This document shows positions 8,330-17,289 of a stretch of DNA of 64,000 nucleotides, in pieces. The translations under genes and the position numbers were made by a program. The notes under the pieces are model-generated. The model did no database searches. It saw only the letters and a program-made list of their open reading frames with translations, and was not told the DNA's origin. The stretch comes from an uncultured beta proteobacterium (GTDB lineage: Bacteria; Pseudomonadota; Gammaproteobacteria; Burkholderiales; SG8-39): positions 128,850 to 192,849 of the forward strand of contig CAIYPG010000113.1 of assembly GCA_903928055.1 (NCBI GenBank), read 5' to 3'. How positions within the stretch are numbered: position 1 is the first letter of the stretch; each line of letters opens with the position of its first letter.

Positions 8330-9619
8330 ATGAATACCTCAGTCGCCCCAATCGCTTCATCGGCCGTTTCATCAGCCGTTGCTCCAACCCACAATTCCGC
8401 CGCCGGCCATCACATCGTCGACAACATTGTCAGAACGACGCGTCGCGCCTGGCTGTCCCATCCCGCGACGTTCTGGCTGAAGGCCTCCATCATCGTTTCC
8501 TTCCTCGCCGGTTCCAGCGTGCCCACGCCGCTCTATCCCCTCTATCAGGCGGAGTGGGGCTTCTCGCCGATCACGGTCACGATGATTTTCGGGATCTACG
8601 CCGTGGCGGTGCTCGCCGCACTGCTGACCGTGGGGTCGCTGTCTGATTACATCGGACGCCGTCCGGTGCTGCTCTACGCAACGCTGGTGCAGGCGGCGAC
8701 CATGCTGATGTTTGCCACTGCGACCAGCGTGACGGGTCTGCTGTTCGCGCGCGTCGTGCAGGGCCTGGCCACCGGTGCTGCCGCCGCTGCAGTGGGTGCG
8801 GGCATGCTCGACATCGACCGCGCCAGGGGCACGACGGCCAATGCCGTGGCGCCGATGACGGGCACGGCGAGTGGCGCGCTGATTGCCGGGTTGATGGTGC
8901 AGTTCCTGCCGGCGCCGACGCATCTGGTCTATCTGATGTTCTTCGTCATCTTCGTGGCGCAGGCTGCCGGCGCGTACCTGATGCCGGAAACCACCACGCC
9001 GCGTTCGGGCGCGCTGGCCTCGCTCAGGCCGCAGTTCAATCTGCCGTCGGCGGTGCGCACGCCTTTCCTGATCGCATTGCCGGTGCTGGTCGCATCCTGG
9101 TCGCTTGCCGGTTTCTACGGATCGCTCGGACCGGCAATGATGCGCGGCCTGCTGGGCTCGAGTTCATCGGTACTTGCCGGACTGACGCTGTTCACGCTGG
9201 CCGGAGGCGGTGCCACCGCAGTGCTGATGCTGCGCAACTGGCAGCCGCGCCCGATGATGATGCTTGGCGCGGGCGCGTTGCTGTTGGGCACTTGCATCAC
9301 GCTGTCGGCCATGGCGCTCGGCTCGGCCGCTGTGTTCTTCGCCGGTGCAATCATCACCGGCACCGGCTTCGGCCTCGGCTTCCAGGGCGCGGTGCGCAGC
9401 GTCGTGTCGCACGTCGGGCCGCAGGAGCGTGCCGGGGTGCTGTCCATCATCTACGTCGCGTGCTACCTCGCCATGGGCCTGCCTGCAGTGATCGCCGGAT
9501 TCGGCGTGGTGTACGGCGGCGGATTGCTCGCCACGTCGGAGCAATACGGCGCAGCGGTGATCGTGCTCGCAGGGCTGGCATTGACGGGCACACTGATGCA
9601 GCGACCGAAGCCGGCATGA
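8330..9619 (+). CDS. MFS transporter (drug/metabolite efflux type)
   Basis: Multi-TM hydrophobic protein with MFS motif A 'GSLSDYIGRRPVLL'. Start set at the ATG (residue 27 of track ORF 8252..9619). The TTG at 8252 is an alternative start. Confidence 0.8.
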   Translation: MNTSVAPIASSAVSSAVAPTHNSAAGHHIVDNIVRTTRRAWLSHPATFWLKASIIVSFLAGSSVPTPLYPLYQAEWGFSPITVTMIFGIYAVAVLAALLTVGSLSDYIGRRPVLLYATLVQAATMLMFATATSVTGLLFARVVQGLATGAAAAAVGAGMLDIDRARGTTANAVAPMTGTASGALIAGLMVQFLPAPTHLVYLMFFVIFVAQAAGAYLMPETTTPRSGALASLRPQFNLPSAVRTPFLIALPVLVASWSLAGFYGSLGPAMMRGLLGSSSSVLAGLTLFTLAGGGATAVLMLRNWQPRPMMMLGAGALLLGTCITLSAMALGSAAVFFAGAIITGTGFGLGFQGAVRSVVSHVGPQERAGVLSIIYVACYLAMGLPAVIAGFGVVYGGGLLATSEQYGAAVIVLAGLALTGTLMQRPKPA

Positions 9620-9685
9620 TCGGCGGGGCGGATGGGTGATCGCAGGAGGCTACAATGCGCAACCCTGTCATTACCGGATGCCCCC

Positions 9686-10303
9686 ATGAAACTGCTTGGC
9701 TCGCCCCGCAGCCCCTATGTCCGCAAGGCGCGCATCACCCTGCTGGAAAAGAACATTGCATGTGACTTCGTCGTTGACCGTCCCTCGGCGCCTGGCTCGC
9801 AGGTGCCGGGGCACAACCCGCTTGCCAAGGTGCCGGTGCTGGTGCCCGACACCGGACGCGCGGTCTACGATTCGGTGGTGATCGTCGAATATGCCGACCA
9901 TGTGGGCAGCGGCCCGCGGCTGATCCCGGAAGCATTCGAAGCGCGCATCGATGCGCTGCGCATGGAGGCCCTGGGCGACGGAATCACCGATGCCATCGTC
10001 TCGCTCACGCACGATGACCGCTACAAGCAGCCTGACTGCGATCCGAACGCGGCGTGGTACCAGAAGCAGTTGCTGAAGATCGAGCGCGGCCTGGCCGCAT
10101 TGCAGAATGAGGTGGGCGATCGTGATTTCTGTTGCGGCGATGCCTTTAGCGTTGGCGATATTTCCGCCGGCATGGCGCTCGGCTATCTCGACCAGGAGTA
10201 TCCGTCCTACGTCTGGCGGGACAAGTTTCCCGGCCTGAAGCGCTACGCGGCAAAGCTGTTCGCGCGGCCTTCCTTCCAGAAGACCGTGCCTGCGGCAGCC
10301 TGA
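9686..10303 (+). CDS. Glutathione S-transferase family protein
   Basis: Track ORF trimmed to 'MKLLGSPRSPYVRKARITLLEKNI...NPLAKVPVLV...VYDSVVIVEYA', a GST N-terminal thioredoxin-like fold, followed by a helical C-terminal domain. Confidence 0.8.
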   Translation: MKLLGSPRSPYVRKARITLLEKNIACDFVVDRPSAPGSQVPGHNPLAKVPVLVPDTGRAVYDSVVIVEYADHVGSGPRLIPEAFEARIDALRMEALGDGITDAIVSLTHDDRYKQPDCDPNAAWYQKQLLKIERGLAALQNEVGDRDFCCGDAFSVGDISAGMALGYLDQEYPSYVWRDKFPGLKRYAAKLFARPSFQKTVPAAA

Positions 10304-10379
10304 TACGTCCCGATGGGGGAGAGCCTCCTCAAACGTGGCGTTATTTACTTGCGCAATCGTTTGAGAGCCCATAGACATG

Positions 10380-10405
10380 AAAAATCCCGCCGAGGCGGGA
10401 TTTTT
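10380..10405. terminator. Bidirectional intrinsic terminator (AAAAA-TCCCGC-cgag-GCGGGA-TTTTT)
   Basis: GC-rich hairpin flanked by an A5 run and a T5 run. Lies between the convergent GST gene (plus strand) and the lipoprotein gene (minus strand). Confidence 0.7.
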
Positions 10406-10443
10406 CATGAGCCATCAAATGACTTGAAACGATCAGTCCCTGA

Positions 10444-10653
10444 TTAATAGCGATTGGGATCATTCGGGCGGCGATCCCGCTCATTGCGAACGCCGTCGCC
10501 ATCACGGTCACGGTAGTAACGATTGGGCACGCCGTCGCGATCCCGATCACGCTCGCCGCTGTATCCGCGTTGCGATTGCGGCATGGGTTCATAGGCAACA
10601 CATCCGGCCAGCAATGTGCTGAGCAACAATAAGGCAAGTCCGAGCTTCTTCAA
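10444..10653 (-). CDS. Small lipoprotein with Asp/Arg-rich DRDGDGV(P/R)N repeats
   Basis: 69 aa. TTG start preceded by AAGGAGA. Signal peptide with lipobox 'LLAGC'. The mature part contains 'DRDRDGVPN', 'DRDGDGVRN' and the tail 'RRPNDPNRY'. Confidence 0.6.
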   Translation of the reverse strand: MKKLGLALLLLSTLLAGCVAYEPMPQSQRGYSGERDRDRDGVPNRYYRDRDGDGVRNERDRRPNDPNRY

Positions 10654-10786
10654 GGTGATCTCCTTGTGGGCAGGCGAGGCGATTCTTTTACATCCGTGAA
10701 CATCGCAAATCGGACAATCGCGGCAAAGGGTGCAGGCAGGAAACTGGCACCGCTGGCATTGCGATCATCCGTCCGGGGCGGTTGAT

Positions 10787-11164
10787 TCAGGAGCGATTGG
10801 GATTGTCGGGCTTGCGGTCGCGATTGTTCGGCACGCCATCACCGTCGCGGTCCCAGCGGCCGCGCTCGAAGGCCCAGCGGCCATCACGCTCGACCCACTG
10901 GTTTGAACGATAGGCGTAACCGGGGCGCTCACGCATCCAGTTGCCCTTCACCCAGTGGTGCTTGTTGTTTGACCAGTTCCAGTATCCCGTCGACCAGACA
11001 TAACCGCGCCGTGGTGCCGGGGCAACTTCGTTCCGTGGTGGTGGCGGCGCGCGTCGCACGGTGACTTCGCGGTAGGTCGCAGCATTGCTGGAGAGCGGTG
11101 TCGCAACGGCACCGATTGCTCCGGCGGCGATCATCACGGCAAACAGCATCTTGTTGGCGGACAT
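10787..11164 (-). CDS. Secreted YXWGXW/WXXGXW-repeat protein with DRDGDGVPN tail
   Basis: Trimmed to 'MSANKMLFAVMIAAGAIGAVATPLSSNA' (AGGAG 5 nt upstream). Repeats 'GYVWSTGYWNW', 'HWVKGNWM', 'GRWAFERGRW'. C-terminus 'DRDGDGVPNNRDRKPDNPNRS'. Confidence 0.65.
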   Translation of the reverse strand: MSANKMLFAVMIAAGAIGAVATPLSSNAATYREVTVRRAPPPPRNEVAPAPRRGYVWSTGYWNWSNNKHHWVKGNWMRERPGYAYRSNQWVERDGRWAFERGRWDRDGDGVPNNRDRKPDNPNRS

Positions 11165-11437
11165 TTTGTGCTCCTGAAAAGAATTCATGCGCGGGATGCG
11201 CAACCGGGTTGATTGCGATGCCGTTATGCAGATTGGGCGCAGCCCGGACAATGTTCAGTGCGTTGCCGAACACTATGAAAAGCGTGCGGAATTTTTCAGT
11301 ACTGGATGCCGGGTCGGCGTGGCCGCCTGGTTACGGCGGCAGGTGGCGCGCAAACCGGGATTGAAGGCCGCAGTTCAGGAAGCGGCGGCAGGGAAGCCAA
11401 TGCTTCCCCGATCTCTTTCAGGTCAATACCCGCAGAC

Positions 11438-11803
11438 TCAGGACGCTTCGGGAATCAGCAGGTCGGCACAAGCCTGGGACACGCCCTGTCCGGGGGTCTT
11501 TGATCCGGCCATCGTTGCCCAGCCGCCCTTTTCGACGATATCGCCGCGCGACCAGCGATCCGATGCCTTGAGCGTGACCATGCGGCCCGCGCCATCCTTG
11601 CCTGCACTGAACTGCGCCGAACAGATCTGCGCCTGTGATGCCATGACTGCAGTGTCAACCTGTCGCTTGGCCAGCGTTTCGGCCTTGCCGGGTGTCTTCC
11701 AGTTCAGTGCGCCGAAGCCTATCCAGGCAATCAGCCCGGCACCTGCCAGAACGCCCAGCGCAAATGGTTTTGCATCCTTGTGGATTTTCTCAATGGCAAA
11801 CAT
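11438..11803 (-). CDS. Hypothetical membrane-anchored protein
   Basis: 121 aa. One N-terminal TM segment 'FALGVLAGAGLIAWIGFGAL'. Coding-like codon bias. No family recognised. Confidence 0.5.
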   Translation of the reverse strand: MFAIEKIHKDAKPFALGVLAGAGLIAWIGFGALNWKTPGKAETLAKRQVDTAVMASQAQICSAQFSAGKDGAGRMVTLKASDRWSRGDIVEKGGWATMAGSKTPGQGVSQACADLLIPEAS

Positions 11804-11971
11804 GACACGTCCTTCGGGGTGGAGGGGAAAGCCCTCCGTGAGTCAGGGTACGCGCTTATTGCCCGGGGGTGTCGATGCCATTGACGGGCGGCCGGCTGTG
11901 CTTCGCCGGCGATGCCGGCTCATGAAGTAATATTCTGTCGCACACAGCCACCACAATCAGGAGGAAGGGTC

Positions 11972-12718
11972 GTGATCTACGCATCGAATGGAGCACAGGC
12001 ATTGGCCAGGCGCCGCGTGGTTCCTTCTCCCGGCACGGGAGTCGAGCACTGGGGCACGGAATTTTTCGGACCGCGCTACGCGCGCGAGCCGGCACCGGGT
12101 CCGCAGGCGGTGATGACCGAGATGGCCGCACATGAAGAAGCGCTGGCGCATTTTCATGGCGTGACGCAGTTCCAGATTTTTCCCGCCGGCTCGGGCAAGA
12201 TGGGCCGCAGTGACATCCAGGCACTGATGGTGCAGTTCAAGGATCATCACACCGCCTATGGGCCGATCATTGCCGGGCCGCAGGGTTTGTCGTTCGTGTC
12301 GCTGCGCGTGAAGATCGACGAATCGGTGCCGGTGTATGTGCGCAGCCCGGATGCCAGGGAGAAACTGAAACCCAGCAAGCGGCGCAACATCTTCTCGCAG
12401 CCGCTGGCGCTGTCCACCGAACCGGTGCTGCAGTTCCGCAGGGAAGTTGCGTGGGAGCCGCTGTTCGAGCAGAAGTACGATGACGGCCTTGATGGCCACA
12501 TGCTCAGGCTCGGCGCCGGAATGTCGGTGGCCGGGCCGGACCCGCGCTCCGCCGGCGGCTATTACCTGTTCGTGGCGAATGGCGCGCTGGACCGCGATGG
12601 TGAAATCTATCCACTGTGGTCCATGGTGGTGGTTGATCGCGATGAGCCGTCGTTCGAGATCAAGGCGGGGCCGAAGGGGCTTGAGGCGGTGGTGATGCAG
12701 TTTCCGATCGAGGCCTGA
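11972..12718 (+). CDS. Hypothetical protein, possibly cupin-fold
   Basis: GTG start 7 nt after AGGAGG (residue 21 of track ORF 11912..12718). Cupin-like motif 'HFHGVTQFQIFPAGSG'. The function assignment is weak. Confidence 0.5.
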   Translation: MIYASNGAQALARRRVVPSPGTGVEHWGTEFFGPRYAREPAPGPQAVMTEMAAHEEALAHFHGVTQFQIFPAGSGKMGRSDIQALMVQFKDHHTAYGPIIAGPQGLSFVSLRVKIDESVPVYVRSPDAREKLKPSKRRNIFSQPLALSTEPVLQFRREVAWEPLFEQKYDDGLDGHMLRLGAGMSVAGPDPRSAGGYYLFVANGALDRDGEIYPLWSMVVVDRDEPSFEIKAGPKGLEAVVMQFPIEA

Positions 12719-12775
12719 CTTTCATGGCAGACGGATTGCACCCGGGCGGTAGCTGCAGTCCATCAAATCACCCTG

Positions 12776-12812
12776 ATTCATGATTGCAATTATTTTCTAA
12801 TTGCTCATGAAT
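12776..12812. repeat. AT-rich imperfect inverted repeat (ATTCATGAttGCAATTA-ttttc-TAATTGCTCATGAAT)
   Basis: Read directly from the sequence. Lies in the convergent gap between the cupin-like gene and rubredoxin. Could be a weak bidirectional terminator or a protein-binding site. Confidence 0.4.
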
Positions 12813-12881
12813 CGCAGTGAAATTTTCAGAAATGATTACAATTTGTAAATTCCTGTCCGCCGGCCGACAGCCTTGTGCTGC

Positions 12882-13061
12882 CTAGCCCGGCACGAAGTCG
12901 GCCTTGCCTGCGCTGCAATCCGGGCAACTGAAGTCCTCGGGGACTTCCTCCCACGGGGTGCCGGGCTCGATGAATTCATCGGGCAGGCCGGCGCGCTCGT
13001 TGTAGACAAAGCCGCATAGCTCGCAGCGATATTGCTTGAATTGGCGTTCGGGTTCGCTCAT
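12882..13061 (-). CDS. Rubredoxin (not in ORF track, 59 aa)
   Basis: Hand translation gives MSEPERQFKQYRCELCGFVYNERAGLPDEFIEPGTPWEEVPEDFSCPDCSAGKADFVPG. It has the two CxxC knuckles (CELC, CPDC) and the conserved aromatic/Pro pattern of rubredoxins. GGAGAAGG lies upstream of the ATG. Confidence 0.85.
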   Translation of the reverse strand: MSEPERQFKQYRCELCGFVYNERAGLPDEFIEPGTPWEEVPEDFSCPDCSAGKADFVPG

Positions 13062-13140
13062 GACCTTCTCCTGTGTACAGGCCTAATGGTAAACCGGCGA
13101 CAGAGGGGTTGTCATCGCGGCTGTCGTCGGCAGGGGATGT

Positions 13141-13899
13141 TCAGCTGCGATCCGGTTTCGCCGAGTTCAGGTGATCGCGTTCCAGTACCGCCACATAGTC
13201 GCGTACCCGTTCCAGCGACAGCACGCCCAGTCCCGAGAAGCGGCAGCCAATGCGGCGCCAAGTGCTCTGGGGGTTCATCTCGTCCGTATAGACCACTTCG
13301 AGGTTGGTGCTGACCGCGCCCAGTTTCGGCAACTCGAGTTTGCATCCGGTCAGTTTCGTTCCAGTGGCGATATCGGCCATGGGATCCTCGAGGATGAGGC
13401 TCACGCCGCCATAGGAGATGTCCATGACGCGCAATCGTTTTTCCGGGCCGCGTTCGTCCTGCAGATAACGGACCACCGGCGGATTCGCGGAGGGCACCTG
13501 GAATCGCGCCGAGCCGCGCCGCTGCGTGCGCGCCAGCGACTTCGGAATGCAGCAGCGAAAGGCCGGCTTGCCGTGATGGGTCACCGCCTCGACATGCTCG
13601 CCGGTGAAGCGCACATGGATGTAGTCATACGTGGCTTCGGCAACCAGCTGGTTTTCGCTCTCTGCAAACATCCGGTTGCTTACACCCGAGGCGTCGAACA
13701 CGAGTTCCTCGTACTGTGGCTTGACCAGCAGCAAGGAGGCCTCGATCACCGAGGGACGGCCGGCAAACTGCACACGCACCGGCACCTTGTGCGTGGCGAT
13801 GGCGCGCAGCACGGCCAGGATGTCCGGACGGGTCTTGACGAGATAGTGCTCGTCGTCGGACCGGCCTTCGGCATAGGGAGTGGTTTCAGTGGGGCTCAT
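13141..13899 (-). CDS. YcgR-like flagellar brake protein (YcgR_N plus PilZ domain, c-di-GMP receptor)
   Basis: 252 aa. PilZ signature 'RRGSAR' (RxxxR) and 'DISYGG' (DxSxxG). The N-terminal region resembles the YcgR N-domain. Confidence 0.8.
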   Translation of the reverse strand: MSPTETTPYAEGRSDDEHYLVKTRPDILAVLRAIATHKVPVRVQFAGRPSVIEASLLLVKPQYEELVFDASGVSNRMFAESENQLVAEATYDYIHVRFTGEHVEAVTHHGKPAFRCCIPKSLARTQRRGSARFQVPSANPPVVRYLQDERGPEKRLRVMDISYGGVSLILEDPMADIATGTKLTGCKLELPKLGAVSTNLEVVYTDEMNPQSTWRRIGCRFSGLGVLSLERVRDYVAVLERDHLNSAKPDRS

Positions 13900-14032
13900 G
13901 GTTGCCGGTGAGCATACCGGTATCGGGTGCCTTGATGATGAATATCTGCATCATCGCCGATGGCTGCGCAGGGAAAGGCGGCGAACAGACCGTGAAACCG
14001 TAGCCTGTTCGCCAACTGACGGGTTCGCGCGA

Positions 14033-15046
14033 TCAGTTGTCGCCGAGTTCGATGTTGGCGTCCTTCGCCACCTTGGCCCAGCGCACCACTTCGGTGGCGA
14101 TGAGTTTCCTGAACTCTGCAGGTGTGCTGCCGACGGGCGTGCTGCCCTGGCTGTCCATCTGGGCCAGGACATCAGGCGCCTTGGTGATTTCGATGCACAG
14201 CTCGTGCAGTCGGTTGAGCGTCTCGGGCGGTGTGGCGGCGGGCGCGACGAGTCCGAACCAGTTGCCGGCGAAATCGAATTCCGGCAGCCCCTGTTCAGGC
14301 ACGGTCTGCAGATCCGGCACGAGCTTGGAGCGGCGCATGCCCAGGATCACCAGTCCGCGCGCCTTTCCCGTTTTCATCAGCGACAGCGATACGGCCAGCG
14401 TGGAGGAGAGCAGGTCCAGGCGCTCGCCCATGAGGTCGGTGGTGGCTGGCGCCACGCCCCGGTAGCCGACGAACGTGACCTTGGTGTTGGCCAGGTTGTT
14501 CAGCCATGCGCCGACGAGCTGGCTCGATCCGCTGCTGAAGCCGTAGGTGACCTCACCCGGATGGGCCTTTGCGTAGGCCACGAACTCCTTGAAGTTCTTT
14601 GCCGGAAAGCCCGGGCGCATCAGCCGAACCGAGGTGCGTTCGCTCATCTGCGTGATCGGCGCGAAGTCCTTGAGTATGTCGAAGGGCAGGGTCTTGTACT
14701 GGGTGGGCATCAGCGGCAGGCCGGCGGTGGCGACCAGCAGCGTGTAGCCGTCGGCGGGAGCGCGGGCCACGTAGGCCGCGCCGATCGTGCTGTTGGCGCC
14801 CGGCTTGGCGTCGACGATGACTTTCTGGTTCGTGATTTCGGCCATCTTCTTCGCGTAGACGCGCGCCTCCAGTTCCGCCGGACCGCCAGCGGCGAAAGGA
14901 GAAATGAAGGTGACGAGCTTGGACGGGAATTTCGGGGCCGTTCCCTGCGCGAGCGCTGAGCTTGAGACACAAAGCAGGGATAGCACCGCGAACGACGACA
15001 TCAACGACAACCCAAGTGGCAAGCTCGACCTGCGGGAACTCGGCAT
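14033..15046 (-). CDS. Bug family substrate-binding protein (TctC-like)
   Basis: Trimmed to 'MPSSRRSSLPLGLSLMSSFAVLSLLCVSSSALAQ' (AAGGAGAG upstream). Hallmark 'FPSKLVTFISPFAAGGPAE'. Confidence 0.85.
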   Translation of the reverse strand: MPSSRRSSLPLGLSLMSSFAVLSLLCVSSSALAQGTAPKFPSKLVTFISPFAAGGPAELEARVYAKKMAEITNQKVIVDAKPGANSTIGAAYVARAPADGYTLLVATAGLPLMPTQYKTLPFDILKDFAPITQMSERTSVRLMRPGFPAKNFKEFVAYAKAHPGEVTYGFSSGSSQLVGAWLNNLANTKVTFVGYRGVAPATTDLMGERLDLLSSTLAVSLSLMKTGKARGLVILGMRRSKLVPDLQTVPEQGLPEFDFAGNWFGLVAPAATPPETLNRLHELCIEITKAPDVLAQMDSQGSTPVGSTPAEFRKLIATEVVRWAKVAKDANIELGDN

Positions 15047-15157
15047 CACGTCTCTCCTTTGAAGGTTTTTCCGGGATGGCAGCCTTCTGCCGGGCTGCCT
15101 CCTCCATACAATGCCGCTCAATGTATCACTGCGCCGGCTTGATACCCGCCGACTTGA

Positions 15158-16129
15158 TCACCTGCCTGAATTTCGCAATGTTGCAATGTCGCTGGCGATC
15201 AGCCTGTCAGTCTCCGCCGGCGGTATGCCCATGATGGTAAAGCCTTCGCTGTCGAGGAAGTGGTTGACCTGCGGGGCCTTCAGCGCCTCCATCACATCGG
15301 CATAGATCTTGTCGATCACCGGGCGCGGTGTTTTCGCCGGTGCCATGAAGCCCAGCCAACTGCCGATGTCGAAATCCTTCAGGCCCAGTTCGGCCAGCGT
15401 GGGCACATCGGGCAGGGCCTTGGCGCGCGCGCGCGTGGAGATTGCGATCGGCACGATGCGGCCGGCACGCACATGCTCGGTGACGGCTGCCATGGTGATG
15501 ACCATGGTTTCGATGTGGCCGCCCAGGAGCGCCGTCGTGGCGGGGGCGCCGCCCTTGAACGGGATGTAGCTGAACTTCGTCCCGGTCTGCTGCGCCATCA
15601 CCTCGTTGGTGATCTGGCCGATGCCGCCCGCGCTGGCGATGCCCATGGTTGTTTCGCCGTTACGTTTCTTCGCGTAGGCGAGGAATTCGGCGAAGTTCTT
15701 CGGGCCAAGGTCGGGGCGCACCACGATCATCTGCGGGCTGGAGGCGGCTGCGGTAATGCCGGCGAAGGCCGTGGCTGCGTCAAAGCCGGACTCGTGACGG
15801 TTGGCGGCGATGGCAAGCGCAGTGCCCGAGGTGAGCAACGTGTAGCCGTCGGGCGCGGCTTCTGCCACGCGCCTCATGCCGCCGCCCGCCCCGCTGGCGT
15901 TGAGCACAAGCACCGGTTTTCCCCAGGTTTCGGCGAGCTGGTCGCAGATCGAACGCGCCATCAGGTCGCTGCTCGCCCCAGCCGCTGCGGCCACCACCAT
16001 CTGCACCGGCCTTTCCGGAAACCGGCCGGTGGCGGAACGGGTCTGTGCAAAGGCTGCAACATTGGCGCCGGTGATGAGCAGGCAGGCCGCGAATGCAATG
16101 GGGAAGATCGATCTGTGGAGGAACTGCAC
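15158..16129 (-). CDS. Bug family substrate-binding protein (TctC-like)
   Basis: 323 aa. GTG start. Signal peptide '...AACLLITGANVAAFAQ'. Hallmark 'FPERPVQMVVAAAAGASSD'. No clear SD, so the start is less certain. Confidence 0.8.
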   Translation of the reverse strand: MQFLHRSIFPIAFAACLLITGANVAAFAQTRSATGRFPERPVQMVVAAAAGASSDLMARSICDQLAETWGKPVLVLNASGAGGGMRRVAEAAPDGYTLLTSGTALAIAANRHESGFDAATAFAGITAAASSPQMIVVRPDLGPKNFAEFLAYAKKRNGETTMGIASAGGIGQITNEVMAQQTGTKFSYIPFKGGAPATTALLGGHIETMVITMAAVTEHVRAGRIVPIAISTRARAKALPDVPTLAELGLKDFDIGSWLGFMAPAKTPRPVIDKIYADVMEALKAPQVNHFLDSEGFTIMGIPPAETDRLIASDIATLRNSGR

Positions 16130-16260
16130 GGGAATGACGGGCGCCGGACGTATGGGGCAGCCATCTTATCCCGATGACGGAATGCATGGCGGGTGCAGGC
16201 TGGTGTTGGCGTGCGAAACGGGCGCCGCAGGCCCGGTGTTACATTGGCAGGGCAAAGTGG

Positions 16261-17226
16261 ATGCGAAGGAATTCAGTGGCAGAAACGAATCAGGGGTCTG
16301 AAGCGGCGTCCTCGAAAGAAGGAGCATCGAAACTCCAGTATGCCCACCCCGTGCTGGGCATCGCACTGTGCCTGTGTTCGCTGTTCTTTTTTGCCTGCCT
16401 GGACACCACGACGAAATATCTCGCGGCCACGTACAACGTGCCGCTCATCGTCGCGATCCGCTATATCGTCAATTTTGCGCTGATGGTGGTGATCCTGGCG
16501 CCACGCCATGGGCCGGCGCTGATCCGTACCGAGCGCACGGGGCTGGTCTGGGTTCGCACCGCCTGCCTGGCCAGTGCTTCGCTGTTTGTCGGCCTTGCCC
16601 TGAAGCGGATGCCGGTGGCCGAGACCACCGCAATGATCTACCTCGCGCCCATGCTGATCGTGCTGCTGGCCAAGCCGCTGCTCGGCGAGCAGATCGGCAG
16701 GCTCGGGTGGCTGGCTGCGGTGACTGGCTTTGTGGGTGTGCTGCTTGTCTCAAGGCCGGGCACGAACCTCGATACGCTGGGCATTGTGTTTGCACTGTGC
16801 GCGGCCTGCGTGAATGCCGCATATCAGTTGCTGTCGCGCGTCCTGGCGCGTACCGAGCAGACGATTGCACTGCTGTTCTATACGGCGCTGGGCGGCTCCA
16901 TCCTCTTCGGCATGGGCCTGCCCTGGTTCTCGGAGGGCGTCGCGCCGAGCAATCTGCAGATCATGCTGTTTCTCAGCCTTGGTGCGAGCGGCGGGCTGGG
17001 GCATTACTTCCTGACGGCCTCCTACCGCTATGCACCTGCGTCGCTGCTGGCACCGGTCAGCTACATGCAATTGCTGTGGGCCGGCTTTCTCGGCTGGATC
17101 GTCTTCGGGCACCTGCCGGACGGCCTCACCATTGCGGGCATGCTGATCATCATGGCGGCCGGCGTCATGATCGCGTTCAAATCGCGCGGGACCCTTGCAC
17201 GTCAGATCGCGCGGCGCCAGCCATAG
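16261..17226 (+). CDS. DMT superfamily (EamA-like) transporter
   Basis: About 10 TM segments and two EamA-type halves. Start set to the ATG at residue 30 of track ORF 16174..17226. Confidence 0.75.
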   Translation: MRRNSVAETNQGSEAASSKEGASKLQYAHPVLGIALCLCSLFFFACLDTTTKYLAATYNVPLIVAIRYIVNFALMVVILAPRHGPALIRTERTGLVWVRTACLASASLFVGLALKRMPVAETTAMIYLAPMLIVLLAKPLLGEQIGRLGWLAAVTGFVGVLLVSRPGTNLDTLGIVFALCAACVNAAYQLLSRVLARTEQTIALLFYTALGGSILFGMGLPWFSEGVAPSNLQIMLFLSLGASGGLGHYFLTASYRYAPASLLAPVSYMQLLWAGFLGWIVFGHLPDGLTIAGMLIIMAAGVMIAFKSRGTLARQIARRQP

Positions 17227-17289
17227 CGATGGCGCTGTCGTTCCCACTTTTGTGCAGGAGGCATGGATAGCCCCCGGCCAGAACTGCGC

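Noticed and set aside
10743-10760. A sigma-54-like TGGCAC...TTGC string in the gap between the two small secreted-protein genes.
   Set aside because: The GG-to-GC spacing is 3 nt too long for the -24/-12 consensus. It is also on the plus strand, pointing away from the minus-strand genes.
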